A stretch of 64,000 nt of DNA from Ylistrum balloti (Eukaryota). Both the position numbers and the translations under genes were made by a program. The notes beneath the pieces were generated by a model that ran no database searches, was not told the origin of the DNA, and saw only the letters and a program-made list of their open reading frames with translations. This document shows, in pieces, positions 11,713 to 22,700 of this stretch. The DNA is taken from positions 1-64,000 of the forward strand of contig NW_026783106.1 in the NCBI RefSeq assembly GCF_031769215.1. Direction: 5' to 3'. The stretch's first letter is position 1; the number at the start of each line of letters is the position of its first letter.

Positions 11713-13511
11713 TACGACACGACGGTTTCGCAATTATCCCTAATATTACCTCAAAACACATTCTATCTATTGACAATACTATATAACTATTAAATGTATC
11801 TCTATATGCCTAGAAATGCTCAAAAATAGACCTAAACATAAGTTATTACTCTCCTTGTACTTCACACAATGTATCGTATATTAGCCCTGCACATGGTTCA
11901 GCGAGCCGATTTCACTACCAGCATGATTCGCTTAAAACATGACAAAAATACAATGACAGCTACTCAGCCGGTTATATTTCCAACAATGGTGGTTTTATAC
12001 AAAACACTCACCCCTTGGAAGTTCCCTAACTCGCTTTATATTCCATGTCTTACGAAGTTTTCAACGCAGCCAGCGTAATCACGGTTACATGGCTCGCAAC
12101 CCTGTTTGTTTCTCCTTGCAGTGACGGACAAGCTCGTTTCTGATTGGCTAAAATTAGTTCTAACCCACCAATTGAATACCCCATATAACTACCATATTTA
12201 CACTATTAAACGCTACCCCACTTGTACCAGTGTACCCTACTGTAGTTAAACACCTAAAAACTCCGTTATGGAAAAAATATACCATGGTAGAAATCAACAG
12301 TTTTTACACTGTAATAACTGTGATTTATCCACTAAAATAACTTGACACTGACACTACTTGTGAAAAAATCCAAGCACGGCATAGACGGAGATATGTCAAA
12401 CCGAGACGATATTCCGTTAGACGTTATACAATCAGACTTAACAGAGGTACATGTCGAGATACCGGCAATACACCCATAACAGTGATATACCTATATTGAT
12501 GGACGCCGTCCACTCGGTGGGTGTATCGGAGGGCAACGCGGAAACAGCGGGAAAACCAAAGGACTCCATTCAAGACATCATCTTACAGAGTGTATTAATG
12601 ACTATTTGGGCAGTCTATGCCGGAGCTAAAACAAACGATGTGTGTTCAGATTGCCATGTTTAATCTTTTCTAATACATCCGTAACGCGGACGTACACACA
12701 TGCATGCAAGTATTACAAGCATATGGTGTAGGGGAGGTAACTCTTATAGAATAATGATGCATCTCCCTTCTGAGTAAAGTATATAAACATAAAGAACATT
12801 ATAGAAATTACAAATTATATGTGAGTTAATGACTAGATCTATTTGATCACATAGAAAATTGATTCTGTAAATAAATGAAATAATTACAATCAATTATTTA
12901 AGTTCATAGAAACTATCTTTCAATAATGATCACAATTACATTTTAGTTTTCCCGCGTTTCGCGAGTAATTGCCGGGAAAATGTTGTATAAACGGCTCGCA
13001 CTGCTCGCTTTAGGTACGGGCATGTGTACATGTCGGGTCACATGACTCAGGTGTGGTACGGGTATTGGTGTAGGGACATTATCTATCGAACAGCGTTTCC
13101 ATACGACACGCCAGAATAAAAAAAAATGCACGTGCTTCATATTAAACGAATAGTTTACCTTAAAAATTGAACATAATCATTTTATTGGACAATGGATATC
13201 ATTTAACAATAGTTTCTAACTATTCCGTGGCGGTCATTTTGAACGGATTAAAAAAATTGAGGCAGTCCGAGGTTTTCCTGATTTTTTTTTCTTTCATATA
13301 TCATACAAAGTAATTTGATGTTTTTATCTCTGGTCTTTAGCCCAGGACTGCTTCGTGCTTGTGTAACTATGATTTACAGAGAAAGTAGTTAGAACGGTGT
13401 GTTGGTGTGAAGATTTTACACTTTGTAAAACACTGACACTCTTTCAGTTCAAATAAACTCTAACTGGCGATCGTATGCTGCACGCTAGTTGGCAAATGTA
13501 GCATTTGAGTT

Positions 13512-13758
13512 GTTGTCGTTTATGTGCTAAATGATTGTCGTTTATGTGCTAAAGGGTTGTCGTTTATGTCCTAAAGGGTTGTCGTTTATGTGCTAAATGG
13601 TTGTCGTTTATGTGCTAAAGGGTTGTCGTTTATGTGCTAAAGGGTTGTCGTTTATGTGCTAAAGGGTTGTCGTTTATGTGCTAAAGGGTTGTCGTTTATG
13701 TGCTAAAGGGTTGTCGTTTATGTGCTAAAGGGTTGTCGTTTATGTGCTAAAGGGTTGT
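13512..13758. repeat. 22-bp minisatellite TTGTCGTTTATGTGCTAAAGGG, ~11 copies
   Basis: Read directly; period 22 (e.g. 13623, 13645). Confidence 0.95.
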
Positions 13759-13829
13759 GTGGTAAAGATATATAGATGAGGTTTATACCAGGTAAAAACT
13801 GACTATAAGTGTACTAAACAATATGTAGC

Positions 13830-14340
13830 TGTCTGTTGTGTGGGTGATGTGTGGGTAATGATCTTGTATACTTGGGTAATAGCAGATGATGATAGACAAT
13901 ATGTGGCTGTGTGTGTGTGGGTGATCTTGTATACTTGGTAATAAGGGACAAATGTGGTTTATGTGTGGTTGTGTGTGGAAAAGGGTTGACAATATGTGGC
14001 TGTGTGGTTGTGTGGGTGATAGTTGGGAAATATGATGATATATGTGGCTGTGTGGTTGGAAATGGATGATGATAGACAATATGTGGCTGTGTGGTTGTGT
14101 GGGTGATCTTGTATACTTGGGAAATAGCAGATGATGATAGACAATATGTGGCTGTGTGGTTGTGTGGGTGATCTTGTATACTTGGGAAATAGCAGATGAT
14201 GATAGACAATATGTGGCTGTGTGGTTGTGTGGGTGATCTTGTATACTTGGGAAATAGCAGATGATGATAGACAATATGTGGCTGTGTGGTTGTGTGGGTG
14301 ATCTTGTATACTTGGGAAATAGCAGATGATGATGATAGAC
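13830..14340. repeat. 65-bp minisatellite, ~4 near-perfect copies plus degenerate ones
   Basis: GGGTGATCTTGTATACTTGGGAAATAGCAG recurs at 14101, 14166 and 14231. Confidence 0.9.
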
Positions 14341-14421
14341 AAAAGTAATGGTATTCCATACATCCTCGTTTTAATAGTAAACATCTGACGGAATGTTAAA
14401 AGTCAAGTTGGGAAAGCTTAA

Positions 14422-17273
14422 TAAAATACACACAGGAAAATTATAAAACAGCACACACGGGATATTATAATACAACACAAGGGAAAATTATAATACTGTC
14501 CCAGCGTCTATTACCTTTTAGTATATAAAAAAAATAGTTTAATATTAAGTTTTGATAAATTAGATTTTTCTGAAATATTTTATTGTAAAATGGGACTTAT
14601 TCTCTTAGTTTTGTTTCTCGCAAAACCAGTATAAATATACGTTGCATAATGTTGAGATTAGTACGGGTTCTCAAATAAAGCCTTCATTAAAACTTTATTC
14701 AATATGTCCTAACCAAAGAACTATATGGAAAGACATTTTAACAAGTTTCGGCCAAAGGTGTTTCGCATTGTATTAGGCTCTTTTATCTGTTAGCGTTAGC
14801 CTTTAGTCAGTTAGCGTCAGGATTTACTTTCATTGTCTCTGAGGAATGTTTTTACTTTGTCCAATTAAGGGGTCTGTTAGCATTACTCGATAGTGTCACA
14901 ATATCTCAGCGAAGGCCAAGCTATTGTTGACAGGTTGCAACAGGTATGTTGACACAGTAAGGCTAGATCTCATTGGTCAGTGGTCGAAACGTTTCTCGGA
15001 GTCATATGTAGAACATGATTTGATTGGTCAAGGAAAGTTCTGAGAATTCTGTATAGTTAGCGTCTCGGCCGTTCTTGTCACTTCTGAACAAGACGCCGAA
15101 TAAAGAAGCTAACTTAAGAATTCCTGTTTTGTCTTCAGTTGCGGTAGACTAATACGTGATATCGGTGCAATTAAATGAGCTAATTCCCAGGTTAGCACCC
15201 CTGTCACAATACAACACACACAGGAAATTATAATACAACACACACGGGCAATTATAATAAAACACACACGGGAAATTATAATACAACACACACGGGGAAA
15301 TTATAATACAACACACACAGGGAAATTATAATACAACACAAACACAGGGAAATTATAATACAACACACACGGGAAATTATAATACAACACACACGGGGAA
15401 ATTATTATACAACACACACAGGGAAATTATAATACAACACACACGGGGAAATTATAATACAACACACACGGGGAAATTATAATACAACACACACGGGGAA
15501 ATTATAATGCAACACACACAGGGAAATTTTAATACAACACACACAGGGAAATTATAATACAACACACACAGGGAAATTATAATACAACACACACAGGGAA
15601 ATTATAATACAACACACACAGGGAAATTATAATACAACACACACAGGGAAATTATAATACAACACACACAGGGAAATTATAATTAAACACACACGGGAAA
15701 TTATAATACAACACACACGGGGAAATTATAATACAACACACACAGGGAAATTATAATACAACACACACAGGGAAATTATAATACAACACACACAGGGAAA
15801 TTATAATACAACACACACAGGGAAATTATAATACAACACACACGGCGAAATTATAATACAACACACACAGGGAAATTATAATACAACACACACAGGGAAA
15901 TTATAATACAACACACACGGGAAATTATAATACAACACACACGGGGAAATTATAATACAACACACACAGGGAAATTATAATACAACACACACAGGGAAAT
16001 TATAATACAACACACACAGGGAAATTATAATACAACACACACGGGAAATTATAATACAACACACACGGGGAAATTATAATACAACACACACAGGAAATTA
16101 TAATACAACACACACAGGGAAATTATAATACAACACACACAGGGAAATTATAATACAACACACACAGGGAAATTATAATACAACACACACAGGGAAATTA
16201 TAATACAACACACACAGGGAAATTATAATACAACACACACAGGAAATTATAATACAACACACACGGGCAATTATAATAAAACACACACGGGAAATTATAA
16301 TACAACACACACGGGGAAATTATAATACAACACACACAGGGAAATTATAATACAACACACAACACACACAGGGAAATTATAATACAACACACACAGGGAA
16401 ATTATAATACAACACACACAGGGAAATTATAATACAACACACACAGGGAAATTATAATACAACACACACAGGGAAATTATAATTAAACACACACGGGAAA
16501 TTATAATACAACACACACGGGGAAATTATAATACAACACACACAGGGAAATTATAATACAACACACACAGGGAAATTATAATACAACACACACAGGGAAA
16601 TTATAATACAACACACACAGGGAAATTATAATTAAACACACACGGGAAATTATAATACAACACACACGGGGAAATTATAATACAACACACACGGGGAAAT
16701 TATAATACAACACACACAGGGAAATTATAATACAACACACACAGGAAATTATAATACAACACACACGGGCAATTATAATAAAACACACACGGGAAATTAT
16801 AATACAACACACACGGGGAAATTATAATACAACACACACAGGGAAATTATAATACAACACACACAGGGAAATTATAATACAACACACACGGCGAAATCAT
16901 AATACAACACACACAGGGAAATTATAATACAACACACACAGGGAAATTATAATACAACACACACGGGGAAATTATAATACAACACACACAGGGAAATTAT
17001 AATACAACACACACAGGGAAATTATAATACAACACACACGGGGAAATTATAATACAACACACACAGGAAAATTATAATACAACACAAGGGAAAATTATAA
17101 TGCAACAAACACGGGGAAATTATAATACAACACACACAGGGAAATTATAATACAACACACACAGGGAAATTATAATACAACACACACAGGGAAATTATAA
17201 TACAACACACACAGGGAAATTATAATACAACACACACGGGGAAATTATAATACAACACACACAGGGAAATTAT
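14422..17273. repeat. 25-bp satellite AATACAACACACACAGGGAAATTAT: ~80 copies at 15209-17273 plus ~3 degenerate copies left of the solo LTR
   Basis: Read directly; the array is interrupted at 14497-15208. Confidence 0.95.
14497..15208. mobile_element. Solo LTR (712 bp) inserted in the satellite
   Basis: Termini TGTCCCAG...CTGTCACA (TG..CA, imperfectly inverted). 4-bp TSD ATAC at 14493-14496 and 15209-15212. AATAAA near 15099. Confidence 0.75.
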
Positions 17274-17699
17274 TCATTACGGCGGCTGCTCTATGCATTT
17301 CCTTACTAAGGGAGATTACTCTCCGTAACATTTCATTAATAAGAGAGTAAGTCTTTATCACATCTTACTGAGGGGGACGACCGTACGTTACATGACTCAA
17401 GTGTGTCGAACATCACAGCTGTGGACGGAATATTAACGTTGCCATGTATGTATATGTCTGGAGTGAATGACACAAATCAGCGCGTAATTTATCGACAGTA
17501 AGAATAGCATGTGGCCCGTTATGATTTAAACGAACAAAGCCGTAAGACCACTGAACATTGAATCATCGATTGAAAAAGAGAAAAATTATTTGCCGATGAA
17601 AAACTAGAATTTTTCGAATTTAATTCATGGCTATTTTATACAATTTATGGATGCAGACAAATGATTTCGAAAAACATTCATGGACAAGTAATGGGGTTT

Positions 17700-17990
17700 A
17701 CGAGCTGTAGTCCATGAACGGTCACGTGGACAGGTAACTGAGATAACGAGCTGTAGTCCATTATCGGTCACGTGGACAGGTAACTGAGATAACGAGCTGT
17801 AGTCCATGAACGGTCACGTGGACAGGTAACTGAGATAACGAGCTGTAGTCCATGAAAGGTCACGTGGACAGGTAACTGAGATAACGAAATGTAGCCCATG
17901 AACGGTCACGTGGACTAGTAACTGAGATAACGAGCTGTAGTCCATGAACGGTCACGTGAACAGGTAACTGAGATAAGAAGCTGTAGTCGA
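17700..17990. repeat. 46-bp minisatellite, ~6 copies, each with a CACGTG motif
   Basis: ACGAGCTGTAGTCCATGAACGGTCACGTGGACAGGTAACTGAGATA; period 46 (CGAG core at 17701, 17747, 17793). Confidence 0.9.
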
Positions 17991-18561
17991 TGAACACGAC
18001 AGTGATAAATCTACATTGATTGACCTCGTCTACATTATTCTTCGTCCTATTTATTGGAATCTTTCAGGATCGATATTGAAGACACAAACATTCTTGTTAA
18101 AGGTACTTTATCTAATAATAAAAACGAGGTTACACAAGACAAAAATAATAGATAAATCCAACACAGGTGAAACTACACGATAATATTGACTAGAGAATAC
18201 TACAACTTCCCTTTGTTTAAAGATAGATTGTAGCTTTACACATTCATTCAAATCTGTTGATTATGTTCTGAGACCATACAATTCATGCATTACAGGATTT
18301 GACTAGAATTTGCCAAACATTGACTAGCTAATAATTATATTTATCATTGTTATGGTATCACTGGTGTTATTTGTGTGTTCGAATACATAGGTGTGTAGGT
18401 TTGGGCGGGGAATGGGACGTACACGACGTGTGACGGGTAGCACGTGAATTCCCTGTGGCAGGGCGGACCAATACAGGGTGTATAGTTTGTAGCGTCATTC
18501 GAGCTTTTGCAGCCATACAGTGCGCTCGTGGTTTATACTACTCTAGTTAGTCTTTTTCTCT

Positions 18562-19010
18562 GTGGACTATGAGCAAGAATCGAACCCTAAACTTAATAGT
18601 GGTGGTACTGGGGCCCCTCGGCGTCTACAGCGGGCCACAATGCAGGGGGTTTTGACGCAGTTGAGGCCTTTTCCTTGTTTTGACAACAAGTTAGATTCAA
18701 TCAAGGCGGATTTAGGAGGAGAGACGGAGGCCAACAGGCCTAAATCAGACAAGTCTGTGAAGTTTAAGTCCCAGGGGAATAGAATCAAATTCCAGTTAAC
18801 GATGAACTTGAAGTGTTAGTTGCTAATTTGCAGAGAAAACTTGAGAAACGAGATTTTGAAGGTTGTGTTGGGTTGGTGGCCGACCTGAAAACAAAACTGT
18901 AGAAACTTAACAAGTTGATAAGACTCGCCGACAAGTCCCCCGCCGGCTGGCAAACGGTGAAGGAGTTAAGGCTTATGGACAAAGGCAGCTCGATCAGGTG
19001 TCCGATAATA
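18562..19010 (+). pseudogene. DIRS/Ngaro-like tyrosine-recombinase retrotransposon ORF1 (gag-like) remnant
   Basis: Across one frameshift it reads VKFKSQGNRIKFQ(F)NDEL...DLKTKL*KLNKLIRLADKSPAGWQTVKE, a motif I recognise from invertebrate DIRS/Ngaro ORF1. No RT or YR gene is visible. Confidence 0.65.
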
Positions 19011-19312
19011 TACTCATTTGGAAGCATGGAACTGTCGCGACCAAGATTGTCGTATTTCTTGTACTTTAATGACATTTAAGCGAAAGCTGCAGTGAGCTGT
19101 ATTCTATATGGCAGTGTTGAGTTTTAATTGATAAATGATTTATGTTCGTTTGAACTGGTGAATTAGAACATAATGATTGAATAATATGAAATAGACACTG
19201 CCTTTAAGCGAGCGCAAGTTGGTCAACAAGATGCACATTTTGAACAGCCTAATCCATGACTGCAATGGAGCGTGTTTTTTAAAACGATTTTTAAAGATTT
19301 TAACAAAACATC

Positions 19313-19731
19313 TGTGATGTCGAGTGAGTCCAAAGAAATACAAACTAAACGCCTTTAATGAGTTCCTTTATTACATATACAAAGTTCCCAGTTCCTATAG
19401 CCATAGTTCACAATCATCACAAACACAGTGTAGGGGTTCTTGGTTGCACCTAGCTTGCGCCCCAACCGGCGGTAAAAAACTGAAAAATACAGAAATTAAC
19501 CTGTCCTTAGTACATATTTCAACAAAATTAATCAAACTTCAAACGTTTAAACCGTATTAAAGTTACCTCATGGGTCACCTAAGCCTTGCTAAATCCGTAA
19601 GTCTGTTTCCTTTGGACTTTCACGTAAACATATCCCATGATGCATTTTTCCACGATGTACAAAGAATGAACTCTGAACCCTGACCTGACTACCAGAGCAG
19701 ACGGACAATATAAAACTAGCGTTTCACTACA
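19313..19731 (-). repeat. BEL LTR a (3' LTR)
   Basis: TGTGATGTCG...TTTCACTACA, near-identical to 32559-32977 and 46653-47071. Confidence 0.95.
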
Positions 19732-19773
19732 TTCCTCGCCTGATTGCTAAATCACTACTACATTTAAACCCTG

Positions 19774-22700
19774 TGTAACCTGGACGAGCGCGACTCGTAT
19801 AGAATGGCACAAACACATAATATACAATATATACAAGTTTAATACACTATATACACATTATAAATTGTACACACAAATGTAAATATGTACAACTCACTCA
19901 CTCATTACAAAACACACACACTTTAATAATTACATATGAAACAGTATAGTCTGTCCTCAACGAATCTGGAAAGAGGTCTGGAAACGTCTCTGGACCGACT
20001 AACAACCATCAATGTTCACAGCATCGAACTTTTGCCCATAGGAACGTCTGATGACAAATGTCCAACGGAATTCATAATTAGAGCACAACTGTCCACACAG
20101 CATAGCACCTGCCCACACAGGATATCAGAACATCTGTCCACACAGGACATCATAGCATCTGACCACACAGGATATTAGAACATCTGCACGACCATATAGG
20201 ACATCATAGCATCTGCTCACACAGGACATCATAGCATCTGTCCACACAGGACATCATAGCATCTGTCCACACAGGATATTAGAACATCTGCACGACCATA
20301 TAGGACATCATAGCATCTGCTCACACAGGACATCATAGCATCTGTCCACACAGGACATCATAGCATCTGCCCACACAGGACATCATAGCATCTGCCCACA
20401 CAGGACATCATAGCATCTGTCCACACAGGACTGTAACTGGCGGCTGTCCTGGCCCACATATGACTCTGTATTCTATATATGTATGTATTCTGACTGTGTC
20501 ACATTCGTTCCCGCCATCAACATGGGTAGAACTGCAATAACACAAGACTACGTCTGACTATGCTGACTATATAGTCTATAATGATTCATAAATATTTATA
20601 CACAGTATTTCTTCTATTTCAACTATTATTTGTGTATATACATTCATCTGCCTACATACAGTTATTGATATGAATCTATTCACTAATTCTAGCCTGAATT
20701 CCATGTAATTCATTGACATATTGACAAGTTTCGCTTATATTTATTAAATACAAACTAAATTCATATAACAGCTGATATCTTATAGCTATAATAGAGATAT
20801 ATTGAACTGTACTCATATAGCGTTATAAGCATATACATTTATCGATAAATATTCGCCTCAAATATCAAACACAACAGATTTCGGGCATATAATTGCAATA
20901 TAAAGGCACAAGAAATGATTTCAAACTTACCGCAAACTGTATTTTGCGTTGGCTAACCCCATATAAGCAATAACTGACTGCCAAAATTTACACCGCTGTT
21001 CTCGCTTACATGTATATTTTCCTTCCGGCGAGACTAATTTCAAATATTCGAACTCGGATCCGGAGAATCCGCATTTATAAAATTTACAGCAAATAATTAA
21101 GAAAATAAAAGTACAATATTTAGACCAGATAATACCTGATTTCTTTCATCGAATACATGTACAAATAGTTCAGACATTGTTTGATATATACAAAAATGTA
21201 AAATATACAAAAGTATGGTTGGGACTGTGACATACGCCCCCGCTTCAAGAAATAACCCTTCTTTTATTTCTCTAACTACATCACAACCATAATAGTCCAA
21301 AGTCTAAACTCTACTGAGAAAGTCTGCTCCCACATTGTCTGTTCCTTTGATAGGCTGTATCCGAAATCGATGTGGCTGAAGCTGCAACGCCCACCTCATT
21401 AAGCGTGCATTCGTCCCTTTGGATTTGTTGAGATATAACAACGGTTGGTGGTCCGTTTCCAAGACGAACTGACGACCATAGAGATATTTTTGAAATTTGG
21501 AAATTCCCCACACAACCGCAAGACACTCTTTTTCAACAACAGAATATGACACTTCACCACCTTTAAGTTTCCTGCTCATGTACGCAACTGGATGTACAAC
21601 CCCATCCACCTCTTGCAACAGGATAGCTCCGATGCCATTATCTGAAGCATCAGTCCTCAGGATGAACTCGGAATTCAAATCAGGTAGTTTCAGAACAGGA
21701 CTAGTCGACAACACTTTCTTCAGCGTTTTGAAAGCTAGATCATGTGGTTCCTTCCAGATAACTGCATTCGGCTGACCTTTCCTAGTGAGGTCCGTCAAGG
21801 GTGCTGCAATCGTAGCAAAGTTGGGTACGAATTTCCTGTAGAAGCCCGCTAAGCCGATAAAGGATCGCACTTGCTTCTTCGTCTTTGGTATCTTTGCTCC
21901 CAGAATAGCTTTGACCTTATCTGGATTGGGTTGCAAAAGCTGTTGTCCAATCATATGTCCCAAACACTCCAGGCTTTCGAATCCTAACGCACACTTCGTA
22001 GGTCTAGCTGTTATCATGGCTTTCCTCAGACGTACAAACAACCCACGTAGTATTGCAAGATGTTCCTCCCAAGTCTTGGTGTAGATCAAGATGTCATCAA
22101 TGAAACTTTCTATGTTCTTCATGCTCTCTAGCAGAATCCTCATTAGGCGGCAAAAAGTAGCCGGTGCGTTCACCAAACCAAATGGCATAACAGAAAACTG
22201 AAACAAACCGATGGGTGTTGTGAACGCTGTTTTCTGTTTCGATGTCTCCTCCATTGGCACCTGCCAGTATCCTTTACTGAGATCTAAGCGGGAGAAATAT
22301 CTGTTTCCTGACAGTCGAGAAAAAATATCGTCCGCATTCGGCATCGGTTCAGCGTCGAAGATGGTTACCCGGTTCAGTTGCCTGTAATCAATACAAAAGC
22401 GGTTTGTGCCGTCTTTTTTCCTACGATTACCACCGGTGCTGCATATGGTGCATCGGACTTTTCAATGACTCTCATCTTCAGCATCTTTTCTACTTCTTCT
22501 CGGATGGTTTCCTTCAAATTATAGGGAATCGGATAGTTCTTTGCCCTAACTGGTTCGTTGGTAGTTGTTCGGATATCATGAACTACCAAATTAGTTCTCC
22601 CAGGAACATCTGACAATACATCTGAGAATTCTTCCAACAAAGTCTTCATCTCTACCTTCTGTTTGGATGTCAGTAGCTCTGATACTTGCACGTCTTCTAC

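Noticed and set aside
12451-12663. 70-aa ORF in a more GC-rich patch
   Set aside because: No recognisable motif or splice context.
13783-14384. Three overlapping 141-181 aa His/Thr/Ile-rich ORFs
   Set aside because: Artefacts of the 65-bp repeat, which is open in all three minus frames.
3658-17405. Shared short motifs (AGGGGAGGTAACT at 3658 and 12730; GT(C/T)ACATGACTCA(G/A)GTGTG at ~13037 and ~17386)
   Set aside because: Too short, and the flanks do not align, so no element boundaries or TSD could be defined.
19110-19207. Possible tiny Kolobok-like MITE (GGCAGTGT...ACACTGCCTTTAA)
   Set aside because: Only an 8-bp inverted match, and the left TTAA is missing.
19936-20178. 80-aa ORF MKQYSLSS... 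present in all four Gmr1 LTRs
   Set aside because: It is antisense to the element, conserved only because the LTRs are copies, runs into the minisatellite, and has no motif.
15209-20432. The free 25-bp satellite and the 25-bp Gmr1 LTR repeat share length and a CACACAGG core
   Set aside because: The rest of the unit aligns poorly; probably coincidence in AC-rich sequence.
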